From positions 32,001-96,000 of the forward strand of contig CAVYYI010000003.1 in the NCBI GenBank assembly GCA_963772725.1: 64,000 nt of DNA, in the 5' to 3' direction. The position numbers were made by a program, and so were the translations under genes. Source of the stretch: an uncultured Phycisphaerales bacterium. GTDB taxonomy: Bacteria; Planctomycetota; Phycisphaerae; Sedimentisphaerales; Anaerobacaceae. Positions 14,050 through 25,257 of the stretch are shown piece by piece. The stretch's first letter is position 1, and each line of letters starts with the position of its first letter. The notes below the pieces were generated by a model. The model saw only the letters and a program-made list of their open reading frames with translations, was not told the DNA's origin and did not search any database.

Positions 14050-15579
14050 ATGGCTGAAGAAAAAGAACGAAGACGAGCATTAAAAACACCGTAACAATCG
14101 AACAGACCGGGCCGTGCAAGAAGAAAGTAACCATTGAAGTCCCGGAAGAAACGATAAAAAAGGCTACCGATGAGCAATACGAGACTCTGCGGAAAGAGGC
14201 ACAAGTGCCGGGTTTCAGAAAAGGCAGGGCACCCGCAGGCTGCTGGAAAAGCGATTCGGCAAGGAAACTCGGAACAGATAAAGCTGAAAATCCTGGCGGA
14301 CGCAAGCGACGCGGCAATCAAGGACAATAAGATCGACATTCTCGGCGAGCCGAATATTGATCATGAGAAAGTAGAACTGCCTGCCGCCGGGGCGATGAAG
14401 TTTGATTTTGAAGTCGAGGTCAGGCCTGAATTTGAGCTGCCGAACCTCGAGGGCATACCTGTAAATAAAACCAAAATCGAAATCAGCGATGAGCAGATAA
14501 CAGAGGGAGATAGAACAATTGCAGAGATATTCCGGCACGTGGACACCGCAGAGAAGATGGAAGCGATTGAGCTTGATGACCAGGTGATTGCTGATGCCGT
14601 TTTGAAAATTGAAGGCGTAGAGGAAGAAGAAAAGCACAACAATATCGAGGTATATCGTCCGGCCGAACGGTTTTGTCAGTTCGATTCCGGTTGAAAAACT
14701 CGATGAACAGCTTATTGGGGCAAAGTCGGGCGACACAAGAAAATTCAGCGTTGACCGTACCCAAAACGTTCTTCAAGGAAGAATATCGCGGCAAAAACGT
14801 GGATATCAAGATTACCGTCAAGGACATCAAATGGCTTAAACCCGCGGAAATCAACGCGGACTTCCTCAAGAGATTTGGCGTTGAGACGGAGGCTGAATTA
14901 CGGGAACAAATGCGAGACCATGCTTGAGGGCAGGCTTGAGCAGGCATCGAGAACGGAGATGACCGAGCAGATTTATAAGCATCTGCTCGATAATACGAAG
15001 TTTGACCTTCCGATGGATATTGTCGCGGACCAGTCGAACGCAATTCTGCAGAGGCAATTCAACAACCTGATTCAGAGGGGCTTGCCAGCAGGAGCAGTTG
15101 AAAGAGGAACTTGAAAAGCTCCGGGCATCCAGCGACGACCAGGCCAAAGAACAGCTTAAGATATTCTTCATTATGGACAAAGTCGCCGAGAAGCTCAAAA
15201 TCGACGTTACCGAGGAAGAAATCAATGGCCACATTGCACAATTGGCTATTAGAAGGGGACAAAGGCCTGAACGAGTGCAGGGAAGAAATGGCTCCGCGAC
15301 GGGTCGCTGGCACAATTCAGACTTCAGGTGCGCGAAGAAAAGTGTGTCGCAAAGCTGCTCGAAACGGCGAAGATAACAGATGTTGAGCCTGTTAAAAAAG
15401 CGGAAAAGCCCGCCAAAGAGTCCGGAAAAACAGCGAAGAAAGCCTCTGAAAAACCAGTCAAGGCTGTTGGTAAGGAACCGGCTCAAAAAGCCCCAAAGGC
15501 AGAAAAGAAAAACTCGGAATCCAAAAAGGAAGCCAAGAAAGAAACCAAAAAAACGACTAAAAAGAAAACTGATAAATAA
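14050..15579 (+). CDS. tig: Trigger factor (indels) with a Lys-rich C-terminal tail
   Basis: VPGFRKGRAP ribosome-binding signature at ~14205-14235, FEVEVRPEFELP, position upstream of clpP. Confidence 0.9.
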
Positions 15580-15640
15580 AATTGACCGATATAACCTTTT
15601 GAAGAATTTTGGATTAAGGATTTTAGATTAAGGAATACAG

Positions 15641-16273
15641 ATGACTGAATATTATAAGCACAACCTTATTCGCGGCGTAAATGCGCAGGTGCAGAGCAGT
15701 TATCAGCGGACGCGTGAAATGACGCTGGACGATATGCTGCTCGATAACCGCATCGTGTTTCTGATTGGCGAAATATCTTATGCCAGGGCAGCGGAAGTGA
15801 TTATGAAACTGCTGTACCTGGATAACCTTAAACGTGCCAGCGAGATTAGCCTGTATATCAATTCGCCTGGCGGCTCGGTTGATGATACGATGGCGATTTA
15901 CGACACTATGCAGTTTATCGGCTCACCTGTAGCGACTTATTGTATAGGCGTCGCGCAGTCGGGAGGGGCAATAATTCTCGCCGCAGGGACAAAGGGCAAA
16001 CGTCACGCCCTGCCTCACGCCAAGATAATGCTTCATCAGCCATGGGGCGGCGTTACTGGTCAGGCCGCGGATATAAAAATACAGGCAGAAGAAATCGTCA
16101 AAGCCAAAAAAATGATAAACGAACTTCTCGCCAAGCACACCGGCCAGCCGATAGAGAAAATCGCCGCTGAGACGGAAAGAGACCGGTATATGACTGCGGA
16201 TGAGGCAAAGCAGTACGGCCTTATAGATGAGGTGCTGAAGGAAGAAGATAAAAAATCGGAAGTTAAGAAATAA
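15641..16273 (+). CDS. clpP: ATP-dependent Clp protease proteolytic subunit
   Basis: [16 protein letters not shown] (catalytic Ser), MLHQPWGG, ERDRYM. Confidence 0.95.
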   Translation: MTEYYKHNLIRGVNAQVQSSYQRTREMTLDDMLLDNRIVFLIGEISYARAAEVIMKLLYLDNLKRASEISLYINSPGGSVDDTMAIYDTMQFIGSPVATYCIGVAQSGGAIILAAGTKGKRHALPHAKIMLHQPWGGVTGQAADIKIQAEEIVKAKKMINELLAKHTGQPIEKIAAETERDRYMTADEAKQYGLIDEVLKEEDKKSEVKK

Positions 16274-16380
16274 TCGCGTATTACACGGATTAAAATAGTT
16301 TTGAGTTTAAACGAATCTGTAAAAATCTGTGTGAATCTGTGGTTAAAAAATCAGTGTAATCTGTGATTAAAGAAGGAACA

Positions 16381-17022
16381 ATGGATATGATAGTTAATCA
16401 GCAGCTTGTACCAATTGTAATTGAAAAAGGCGGCAGAGTAGAACGTGCTTATGATATTTATTCGAGGCTGTTAAAGGATAGAATCATATTTCTCGGCGGG
16501 CCTGTCGATGATATAGCGGCCAATTTAGTCGTTGCACAACTGCTGTTCCTGAGCAACGAAGACAGCAAAAGCGATGTCCACTTTTATATCAATTCGCCGG
16601 GCGGTTCAATCACGGCGGGGCTGGCAATTTATGATACTATGCAGTTCCTTCGATGCGACGTGGCAACCTATTGCATAGGCCAGGCGGCGAGCATGGGTGC
16701 GGTACTGCTGGCAGGCGGAAACCAGGGCAAACGATTCCTTCTTGCCAACAGCCGGGTGCTGCTGCATCAGCCCTCAATTTCCGGGGTGCTCGAAGGAACC
16801 GCCACCGACCTCGAAATCGAAGCCAAAGAAATATTAAGATTACGCAAGCGGCTTTATGATATTCTCTCCAAAGACTCCGGGCAAAGCGCTGAAAAGATAG
16901 AAAAGGATTGCGACCGAAATCTGTGGCTTGAGGCCGATGAGGCGATTACCTACGGACTGGCAGACAGGATATTGCAGAAAGCGCCGGAAATTGTTAAAAA
17001 TAGCAGCAATGCCGACGAATAA
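16381..17022 (+). CDS. clpP: ATP-dependent Clp protease proteolytic subunit (second paralogue)
   Basis: [38 protein letters not shown]. Confidence 0.96.
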   Translation: MDMIVNQQLVPIVIEKGGRVERAYDIYSRLLKDRIIFLGGPVDDIAANLVVAQLLFLSNEDSKSDVHFYINSPGGSITAGLAIYDTMQFLRCDVATYCIGQAASMGAVLLAGGNQGKRFLLANSRVLLHQPSISGVLEGTATDLEIEAKEILRLRKRLYDILSKDSGQSAEKIEKDCDRNLWLEADEAITYGLADRILQKAPEIVKNSSNADE

Positions 17023-17104
17023 AAGAATATATAAACGCTGATTACACTGATTAAAAAGAAAAAAAATCTCCGAACTCAGCGGTGAATTCTGAAAGGTCAT
17101 TACA

Positions 17105-17710
17105 TTGAAAACGGTAATACTTGTTTTAACCGGATTGCTGGTGTTCGGGGCAGCGGGATGTAAAAGCAGCAATATCAGCAATCTGCCGCTGCTCAAGGAA
17201 ATCGGTGACATAAAAACCGAGAAACAAAAGACTGAAAGTCAAATCGAACAATTACAAAAAGATAATGCGCACTTGAAAAACCAGGTAGAGATGATGTCCG
17301 GGCTGAAACCCGGCCTAAATGTTAAAAGCATTTACAGTCTTGAGGGAGTGAACCTAACCAAATATTCAGGCATTTACGACAAGAATAATGACAGCATAAA
17401 AGAATCGCTGATAGTTTATGTCCAGCCGATAGATAATACCGGCGACGTGGTAAAAGCCGCGGGAACCGTAGATGTGCAGCTTTGGAATCTTAACACAGGC
17501 GATAAAAATGCTTTATTAGGCGAATGGCATATCGGGCCACAGGAACTCAAAAAGCTATGGTTTTCAACGCTGTTAAGCACAAATTACCGCTTGATTTTTA
17601 ACGTGGGTGATAAGATTAAAGGCCTCACCGAACCGCTGACCGTCAAGGTAACTTTCACAGATTATCTCACCGGCCAAAAGTTCGAGCAGCAAAAGGCCGT
17701 TAATCCTTAA
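17105..17710 (+). CDS. Lipoprotein of unknown function with a short coiled coil
   Basis: Signal peptide ending in lipobox AAGC; 201-aa intact ORF. Confidence 0.75.
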   Translation: MKTVILVLTGLLVFGAAGCKSSNISNLPLLKEIGDIKTEKQKTESQIEQLQKDNAHLKNQVEMMSGLKPGLNVKSIYSLEGVNLTKYSGIYDKNNDSIKESLIVYVQPIDNTGDVVKAAGTVDVQLWNLNTGDKNALLGEWHIGPQELKKLWFSTLLSTNYRLIFNVGDKIKGLTEPLTVKVTFTDYLTGQKFEQQKAVNP

Positions 17711-17793
17711 TTACGATTGTAATTTTCATCTCACAGACCACAAAACTTAGAATTGCTTCTTGCAGAATCGGCGGTTGGGTATAAAATATCTCT

Positions 17794-18738
17794 ATGCAGG
17801 ATATGCTCAATAAAATAATTTGCGGCGATTGTATAGAGATTCTAAAAGGGATTGATGAACCTTTTGCGGATTTGATTTTTGCGGACCCACCTTTTAACAT
17901 CGGCTATAAGTACGACAAATACCACGATAAAAAACAGCGAGAGCATTATATTGACTGGACAACGCAGTGGATGACCGCATGCAAAAAAGTTCTCAAGCCC
18001 AATGGTTCATTTTATATCGCTATCGGGGACGATTATGCCGCGAACATTAAAGTCATCGCCGATGAGCTTGGCCTTATAATGCGAAACTGGATTATCTGGC
18101 ATTACACGTTCGGCCAGCAGACAAAAGACAAGTTCGCCCGCTCGCACACGCATATATTTTACTTCGTCCAGGACAAAAAGAATTTCACGTTTAACGATTA
18201 CGCGGTTCGGGTGCCTTCCGACAGGCAATTGCTTTACAACGATAAACGCGCTGATTCGAGAGGCAAAATGCCCAACGATGTCTGGACATATTCTCGCGTT
18301 TGCGGAACATTTAAGGAGCGCACCGGCTGGCACCCCTGCCAGATGCCCGAAAACCTCCTCAAAAGAATTTTAACCGTAAGCTCCAATATCGGCGATTGCG
18401 TGCTTGACCCATTCAGCGGTTCAGGAACCACAGCGGCGACCGCAAAACAGTCGAACAGAAATTATATAGGCATCGACATATCTGAAACTTATGTTGAAAA
18501 CGCGAGAAGACGGCTGGCTGAACTCAAAAATACATCATCGGAGAGCCTGTTCCTCAATGCTGTCGAACTGGACGTAGTTAAACAGCTTTTGCATGATATG
18601 GAAAAACCAGCTAAGGAAATAATCGCCGACAAAAGTCTTCTGAAATTATTTACAAATCAGCTTGTCATACGAATGAATGCGAAGAATGAATATCGCAAAG
18701 AACAAATTGCCGCCGCGTTAAAGGAAATAACCGATTGA
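17794..18738 (+). CDS. Orphan N4/N6 DNA methyltransferase (beta class)
   Basis: DPPFN catalytic motif before HPCQMP and the VLDPFSGSGTT SAM motif; no nuclease nearby. Confidence 0.9.
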   Translation: MQDMLNKIICGDCIEILKGIDEPFADLIFADPPFNIGYKYDKYHDKKQREHYIDWTTQWMTACKKVLKPNGSFYIAIGDDYAANIKVIADELGLIMRNWIIWHYTFGQQTKDKFARSHTHIFYFVQDKKNFTFNDYAVRVPSDRQLLYNDKRADSRGKMPNDVWTYSRVCGTFKERTGWHPCQMPENLLKRILTVSSNIGDCVLDPFSGSGTTAATAKQSNRNYIGIDISETYVENARRRLAELKNTSSESLFLNAVELDVVKQLLHDMEKPAKEIIADKSLLKLFTNQLVIRMNAKNEYRKEQIAAALKEITD

Positions 18739-20447
18739 TATTCTCCGGTATTAAAAATATCCTGTGGCTTTGCATGCCTTTCGCTGCGAGTGCGGTGATG
18801 CTGACGGTTATTCAGTTGCCGATTGGGCTGTCGCACTGGGCGTGGATAGCGTATGTGCCTTTTGTTTTGGCCTGCTCGCCTAATGCCAATTTACGTTACC
18901 TGGCGATATCATCTTATCTTGTCGGCTTGTGTTACTGGCTGGCAAATCTGTACTGGGTAGAACCGGTAACACTCTTAGGCTGGTTAGCATTCTGCCTTTA
19001 TACCGCGGTACTCTGGCCATTAATAGTTTATGCCCTGCGATGGTGCAGGACACGAAAATTACCGCTGTTTATCGCCCTGCCGCTCCTGGTTGTCGGTGTT
19101 GAAAATATACAGGGATTTTTTCTCGGCGGCTTTTACTGGCGATTTCTCGCTCACAGCCAGTACGCGAACATACCGCTTATCCAGATTGCAGACATATTCG
19201 GCGCATCAGGCGTGTCGTTTCTTATCGCGATGGTCAACGGTCTGTTGGCGGAATTTATACTCGCTTCCAGAGACAAATCACTTTTCAAAATTAGCAGCTT
19301 AATAAAAACCATAATAGTTGGTGTTTCAGTAATAGTGGCGATTCTTTATGGCCAATGGCGAATAAAACAATCCGAAAACTGTATAAAAGATGGCCCGCTG
19401 GTATGTTCCGTCCAGTCAAATGTTCCGCAGTCGGTTAAAGATTCTGGTTCAGCTCAAAATGACGAGATGATGTTTAATGACCTTATGCGTGACAGCAATG
19501 CCGCCGCCAAGTCCGGTGCGGAATTAATTGTCTGGCCTGAAACAATGGTGCAGGCCATACTTGACCAGCGTGTTTTGATGTATCTTAATGATACCCAACT
19601 CTATAGAGTCTTCGATAAACGGCTAAAAGATTTCACGAAAGACAATAAAACATACCTGCTGGTCGGCGCAACAGCGCAATCCCCGAATTAAAACCCGATA
19701 TGAGCATAGGCATCACGGAAAAATATAATTCGGCTTTTCTTTACAAACCCGACGGCATGGCATCAAACAAACAATACAACAAGATTCATTTAGTACCGTT
19801 CGGCGAAGTGGTGCCATTCAAAAAAAGCCTGCCCTGGTTGCATAACCTGCTGATGAAATTTACGCCTTACGATTTTGATTATTCGCTTGATTACGGCACA
19901 GAATACACCATCTTCGAAATAACCAATGCTCTTAAGCCGCAAATCTATAAGTTCGCCGTTATGATATGCTATGAAGATACGATTCCCGCTATCGCAAGGA
20001 AATTCGCCCTCGATGAGCAGGGGCAAAAACGTATCGACTGGCTCATAAATATAAGCAACGACGGTTGGTTTGTCAGGTTTGAAAACGACAAGGTTATCCC
20101 CAGCGCCGAACTGCCTCAACACGCCGCGGTTTGCGTCTTTAGAGCAGTCGAAAATCGCCTCGCCGTCCTGCGTAGCGTCAATACCGGTATCAGCTGCCTT
20201 ATTGACTCGTCAGGCCGCATCAGAAACAGCTATATTTCGTCAAGTGTCAACCTCCCTGCCAAGGCGCTGGACCGCAAAGGAATCTCTGGATGGTTCACTG
20301 ATAAAATGCCGATAGATAAAAGGATAACATTTTTCAGCAGATACGGCCGATTGCTCGAACCGATTTTGTGTATTTTGTTCATTTTTAATACTAATAACGC
20401 CGTCTGCGGTAAAATTTATCGGTACAAAGAAAAGAAAGATTCGATAA
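18735..20447 (+). CDS. lnt: Apolipoprotein N-acyltransferase (indels near 19680 and the 3' end)
   Basis: Multi-TM N-terminus, VWPET, YNKIHLVPFGE, ICYED, ISNDGWF, RAVENR, NTGIS. Confidence 0.93.
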
Positions 20448-21440
20448 ATGAAAAAATTCGGTTACAAAATTTTCCCACTTGTTTTTGCCCTGATTTCGGG
20501 CTGTGGAATTCCTGCGCCGCAGGACAACTATTCATCCGCTCAACTCGAAGAACAGGCAGTTCAAATAGTTAAAGACGGACTTTCCGACAGTAACCCGCGA
20601 ATCAGGGTGATGTCAACTGAAACTGTCGCGGTTACCAAAAAGACTCAATTGATTCCGGGCACTCAGAAGTTACTAAAAGATGATTTCGTGCCGGTGCGAT
20701 TTTCCGCTGCTTTGGCGATGGGAGATTTGCGGTACAAACTCGCAGAAGGACAGCTAAAACTTCTAATGGCCAAAGACCCCGATGAAAACGTCAAGATAGC
20801 CGCCTCTTACGCGCTGAATAAATTAAGTTCGAGCGACAATTATGTCCTTATCGTTAAAGCCTTAAGAAGCAGAAATCAAACCCTTCGTGCTAATGCCGCG
20901 ATGCTCCTGGGCAAAAGCGGCGACAGGAAAATGCTCAAGCCCTTGTATGACGTTATGACAAATGAAAATTCGGATGACAAAACGAGTTTCCAGGCCGCGG
21001 AAGCGATAGCGAGACTTGGCGATGAAAACATATATTCCAAACTTTGGACAATGCTTATAAGTAAATTCGCCGATGACAGGATTATTGGTACTGAGGCGAT
21101 GGGATCTCTCGGGACAAAAGACGCTAAAAACGCCTTGATTAGAATGCTCTCCGACCCTGTAATGGAAGTCAGACTTGCTTCTGCCAGGCAACTTGGCGAA
21201 CTCGGCGATACCACAGGGGAGCCCGAAGTACTTGAAGTATTTATAAAACCTCTGCCATCTGATTTGACTAAGGAAGATGTAGAGCGTATAAATATTCAAG
21301 CGGCTTTAGCCATAGGACAAATTGGCACCGAAAGCCTCAAAAGATATTTGCCGCAATTGCTTAATAATGAATCCGCTTTTGTCCGATTGGCGGCGGCGAA
21401 AGCAGTTTTGCAGTGTTCTGGAAGAAAAATTAAATCTTAA
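20448..21440 (+). CDS. HEAT-repeat lipoprotein
   Basis: Lipobox ISGC; repeated VR..AA.ALG HEAT/PBS motifs. Confidence 0.85.
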   Translation: MKKFGYKIFPLVFALISGCGIPAPQDNYSSAQLEEQAVQIVKDGLSDSNPRIRVMSTETVAVTKKTQLIPGTQKLLKDDFVPVRFSAALAMGDLRYKLAEGQLKLLMAKDPDENVKIAASYALNKLSSSDNYVLIVKALRSRNQTLRANAAMLLGKSGDRKMLKPLYDVMTNENSDDKTSFQAAEAIARLGDENIYSKLWTMLISKFADDRIIGTEAMGSLGTKDAKNALIRMLSDPVMEVRLASARQLGELGDTTGEPEVLEVFIKPLPSDLTKEDVERINIQAALAIGQIGTESLKRYLPQLLNNESAFVRLAAAKAVLQCSGRKIKS

Positions 21441-21514
21441 CGTCCTAAAAAATTATTGCTTTTTATGAAAAAACCTGATTTTCTGCTGCTTTTTGCAGAA
21501 TGATTAAAAATATG

Positions 21515-21543
21515 TTGACTTTTTTGCGTTTTGAGCGTAAAAT
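21515..21543 (+). promoter_or_regulatory. Sigma70 promoter
   Basis: TTGACT-N17-TAAAAT upstream of 21610. Confidence 0.6.
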
Positions 21544-21609
21544 AGGTAATTTATAAGGAGTGTTACCTTTAAAACTGGGTAATTTGGTGATAAGTGAAAG
21601 GAGCCGATT

Positions 21610-22491
21610 TTGAGTACTCTTACAAAGATTCTAATTGTCCTGCTGACCATTTCAGCTATTTTTCTTTGCGGAATTGTGGCAACTTATGTGGGAACCGCGG
21701 ATAATTATAAACAAAAATATAATGACTCTATGAGGGACCGGCAAGCCGTACAGCTTGAGAAAAATAAGCTTACCGATGACTTAAATAAAAAGATTGCGGA
21801 AGCAGACAGGCAGAAAAAGCAGACGGATGACGAAATCGCCTCTCTTAAAAGAGACTTGGATAAGATTCAGGGCGAACTCAACTCAACTAAAACCCAGAAC
21901 GCTGAACTAGTGAAAAGGGTAAGCGAATCTGAAGCAGTAGTAAAAAATGCTAACGAAACCAACCAAAAAAATAGTGACCTGCTGAAAAGCACTCTCGATG
22001 AGCTCGATAAACACAAGACTCAGCAAATCAAAGACCAGAAAGAGATAAAAGAAACCACAGCCTATCTGCGTGAAAAAATGGCTGTTATAGACTCCCTTGA
22101 ATCTGAGAAAAAACGATTGACTGAGGAAAAGACCCAACTCCAGAACCGGCTGGATAAACTTCTACAGGCCGGTGGCAAGATAACCGCCGAAACGACCCCT
22201 GTAACGCCCGAAAAAGGCATAGTGAAACCAGCTCGAACTGTACCTTCAGCCACCAGGGAAATCGGTCTCAAAGGACTTGTTAATGCCGTAGATGTGCCAA
22301 ATTCTATGGCAAGCGTTTCGCTCGGCTCGGCTGACGGAGTAAGACAGGGAATGATTTTCCATGTTATTCGAGGCGATGAATTTATTTGCGACATTCTTAT
22401 CCTCGACGTGGATACTGAGCAATCCGTTGGAGCTTTACAGAAAGTCCAGCAGGAACCCAAAGTCGGCGATACGGCCGCGACCAATTTTTAG
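21610..22491 (+). CDS. Membrane-anchored long coiled-coil protein with a C-terminal beta domain
   Basis: N-terminal TM, about 170-aa heptad region, C-terminal SLGSADGVRQGMIFHV motif; SD AGGAG. Confidence 0.8.
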   Translation: MSTLTKILIVLLTISAIFLCGIVATYVGTADNYKQKYNDSMRDRQAVQLEKNKLTDDLNKKIAEADRQKKQTDDEIASLKRDLDKIQGELNSTKTQNAELVKRVSESEAVVKNANETNQKNSDLLKSTLDELDKHKTQQIKDQKEIKETTAYLREKMAVIDSLESEKKRLTEEKTQLQNRLDKLLQAGGKITAETTPVTPEKGIVKPARTVPSATREIGLKGLVNAVDVPNSMASVSLGSADGVRQGMIFHVIRGDEFICDILILDVDTEQSVGALQKVQQEPKVGDTAATNF

Positions 22492-22552
22492 ATGTTCATC
22501 AAAAGTTATTATAGAAAATTTTGAATTTTATTAACAAAAGTGAGTTTTAAAT

Positions 22553-22711
22553 ATGGACCCTGTAAATCAGATTCGCGGCGGTAAAATAATCGCGGCCAAC
22601 AACCTTTACACAATTATTCTTGCCCTCGCCCTGGGGGCAGTTGCGACAACCGCTGCATTCGTCGCTTATACCTGCTATTTTCAGTACGGTACAATATTCA
22701 AGATTCAGTAG
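22553..22711 (+). CDS. Small single-TM protein (52 aa), absent from the ORF track
   Basis: MDPVNQIRGGKIIAANNLYTIILALALGAVATTAAFVAYTCYFQYGTIFKIQ*; fills the gap before mreB and is more GC-rich than its flanks. Confidence 0.65.
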   Translation: MDPVNQIRGGKIIAANNLYTIILALALGAVATTAAFVAYTCYFQYGTIFKIQ

Positions 22712-22789
22712 CAAATTGATAGTTGACAACTCTTTGGCTTAATGCTAAAAATAGTTAATTATTAATTAAATTTGAGAAGGGAGTCTAAA

Positions 22790-23851
22790 GTGCTACCACT
22801 GGGACCAATTTTAGGTTGGTTCAGTATGGATATGGGTATTGACCTGGGTACCTGCTCAACCCTCGTATGTGTTCGAGGTAAAGGTATCGTATTGAACGAA
22901 CCATCTGTCGTTGCCGTTCGCAAAGGAACCAATATAGTTCTCAACAATGGCGAAGCCGTCGGACTTGTCGTGCGCGAAATGCTCGGCAAAACTCCAGGCT
23001 CCATCAGCGCCATCAGGCCGCTCAAGCACGGCGTAATCAGTGATTTCGAAATAACCGAAGCCATGCTCAGCTATTTTATCCGAAAGGTACACGGTAAAGG
23101 CGGCCACCTGATAAGACCCCGTGTGGTCATCGCCGTACCAAGCGGTATCACCGCTGTTGAACGACGTGCCGTTATCGACAGCGCCGAAAGAGCGGGAGCA
23201 AGAAAGGTGTACCTCGTTGATGAACCTATGGCCGCTGGAATCGGAGCCGGCCTACCTATAACTGAACCTACCGCTTCGATGATTGTCGATATTGGCGGCG
23301 GTACTACCGAAGTCGCCATAATAAGTCTGGCCGATATCGCTACCTGTCAATCCATCCGAGTCGGAGGCGATTCACTCGATGAGGCTATCATTAGCCACCT
23401 CAAAAAAACATATAATCTTCTTATTGGTGAGGCAAGAGCCGAAAAAGTTAAAATCCAGATTGGCTCGGCGGCGCCTCTCGAAGAAGAATTGACAATGGAA
23501 GTTTCAGGAAGGGATACCATATCCGGGCTGCCGAGAAAAATCGTCATAACCAGCGAGGAAATACGCGAGGCACTTCGCGAGGCTCTGGCGGCAATTATCG
23601 AGGCCGTTACCCATACCCTCGAAAAGGCTGAGCCGGAACTTGCCGCGGACCTTATCGACAACGGTATATGCATCTGCGGCGGAACTTCTCTTCTTCGCGG
23701 TATTGACAGTATCCTCACGACGGCTACCGGGCTAAAGGTGGAAAGAGCAGAAGACCCCCTAAGCTGTGTCGCGAGAGGCACAAGCGTTTATCTCGAAAAC
23801 CTCGAACTATGGAAGGATACCATGGACCACAGCGACAGGGTCTGGGAGTAA
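22790..23851 (+). CDS. mreB: Rod shape-determining protein MreB
   Basis: GIDLGT, EPSVVA, IRPLKHGVI, VDIGGGTTEVA; GTG start after GGGAG. Confidence 0.96.
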   Translation: MLPLGPILGWFSMDMGIDLGTCSTLVCVRGKGIVLNEPSVVAVRKGTNIVLNNGEAVGLVVREMLGKTPGSISAIRPLKHGVISDFEITEAMLSYFIRKVHGKGGHLIRPRVVIAVPSGITAVERRAVIDSAERAGARKVYLVDEPMAAGIGAGLPITEPTASMIVDIGGGTTEVAIISLADIATCQSIRVGGDSLDEAIISHLKKTYNLLIGEARAEKVKIQIGSAAPLEEELTMEVSGRDTISGLPRKIVITSEEIREALREALAAIIEAVTHTLEKAEPELAADLIDNGICICGGTSLLRGIDSILTTATGLKVERAEDPLSCVARGTSVYLENLELWKDTMDHSDRVWE

Positions 23852-23929
23852 AAACGGATTGCGAACGTGGAGACGCGTCTGAGGACGGGTTTTGAATTTA
23901 TGGAGCGGCATTTTTAGCCGCTTGACATT

Positions 23930-24757
23930 ATGGCAAGGAAGCGAATTAAAGTCTCCAAAAGGATGTTGTTTACCTGGGGTATGCTGGCAGGGTTGATTCT
24001 CCTCCTGGCCCCAGCGAGTATTACTAATAAATTCCCTTTGGCTTTTGCCAGGATTTTCAGATGGCCTCTCAGCATAGGCAGGAATATTTCACTCGCAGCT
24101 ATTACGCAACAGTCACAAGTTAACACTGTGGACACTTCAGAATACCAGCAGTTGCGAAGACAATACGAACAGCTTCAGAATCACTATACAAATGTCAGAG
24201 AACGGCTCGAACAAGTCTTGAAAGAAAACGAGAAACTTTCCGGAATACAAAAAAGGCTGCCCTTCCCGAATGTCAACTTCGTTTCAGCCGATATCACCAC
24301 CGCCTCAGTCAGCCCGTCAAGTGATATACTTATAATTAACTGCGGCAAAAAAGAAGGACTCGCCAAGGACCAATTTGTTTTGGGAGATAACAGCATCATA
24401 GGCGCTATATCCGATGTCCAGGAAAATACCGCGACGGTAAAACTCCTTACTGACCCTTCTTCAAAGCTGGTTGCAAAAGTCGATGGTATAAAGGAGCCTC
24501 GCCCCCTGTATGGAAACGGCAATGGTTCTGCCTGCGTTAAACTTGTCAGAAATGCTATTAAGCCGGGCGCTAATGTAACCATTGAGAAAAAGCCCGGTTT
24601 CCTGGATTCACCTATAATTGCCGGCAGAGTTAAAAAGTGCACTAAAAATGAAACACCTTTGGTCTGGGACCTGATAATTGAACCGGCCTGCGACGTGCGG
24701 AAACTCAGCGATGTAACTGTAATAGTAATGAACCCGAAGAGAAAACAGGGGTTATGA
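23930..24757 (+). CDS. mreC: Rod shape-determining protein MreC
   Basis: TM, coiled coil (LKENEKL), INCGKKEGL, VKLLTD; position after mreB. Confidence 0.85.
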   Translation: MARKRIKVSKRMLFTWGMLAGLILLLAPASITNKFPLAFARIFRWPLSIGRNISLAAITQQSQVNTVDTSEYQQLRRQYEQLQNHYTNVRERLEQVLKENEKLSGIQKRLPFPNVNFVSADITTASVSPSSDILIINCGKKEGLAKDQFVLGDNSIIGAISDVQENTATVKLLTDPSSKLVAKVDGIKEPRPLYGNGNGSACVKLVRNAIKPGANVTIEKKPGFLDSPIIAGRVKKCTKNETPLVWDLIIEPACDVRKLSDVTVIVMNPKRKQGL

Positions 24758-24758
24758 G

Positions 24759-25244
24759 ATGCGATGGTTTAAGTTTGCGGCTTTAATTCTTGTTGTAACC
24801 TTTCTGCAGGCCGATATGGTGGCTGTAATCGCCGTTAAAAATATTAAACCGAATTTACTGCTGATTCTGCTCGTCTTTTTCAGCATCTATTGCGACACTG
24901 TCGAAGCGATAATAATTTCATTTGGCATAGGTTTTGCCGCCGACCTCATAATCAACGCGATGGGGCCCCAGACAATCAGCTTCGGACTTTTCGGCACTTT
25001 GCTGGCATATCTGAACCACACCATCGCCATAAGAAAATTTCCGCATCAGATGACCGCTATTTTGGTCGTTGGCATTCTGACGGCTATACTGGCCTATTTA
25101 TTAAGCTTCCTTAAAAACAGAGAGATTACACTGGACGCATATTCTGTTTTTCTGACCTCGCTATATTCAGGTATCATCGGGCCTTTTTTATTTGTGCCCG
25201 CCGCGTGGCTGATGGGCATAAAGACAAAACGTTTCAGCCGTTGA
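24759..25244 (+). CDS. mreD: Rod shape-determining protein MreD
   Basis: Hydrophobic 161 aa with KPNLLLILLVF and GFAADL. Confidence 0.85.
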   Translation: MRWFKFAALILVVTFLQADMVAVIAVKNIKPNLLLILLVFFSIYCDTVEAIIISFGIGFAADLIINAMGPQTISFGLFGTLLAYLNHTIAIRKFPHQMTAILVVGILTAILAYLLSFLKNREITLDAYSVFLTSLYSGIIGPFLFVPAAWLMGIKTKRFSR

Positions 25245-25257
25245 ACCGCTGACATAT

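Noticed and set aside
16276..16365. Short repeats as a CRISPR array
   Set aside because: Degenerate 9-mers without unique spacers of about 30-40 bp; no cas genes in the window.
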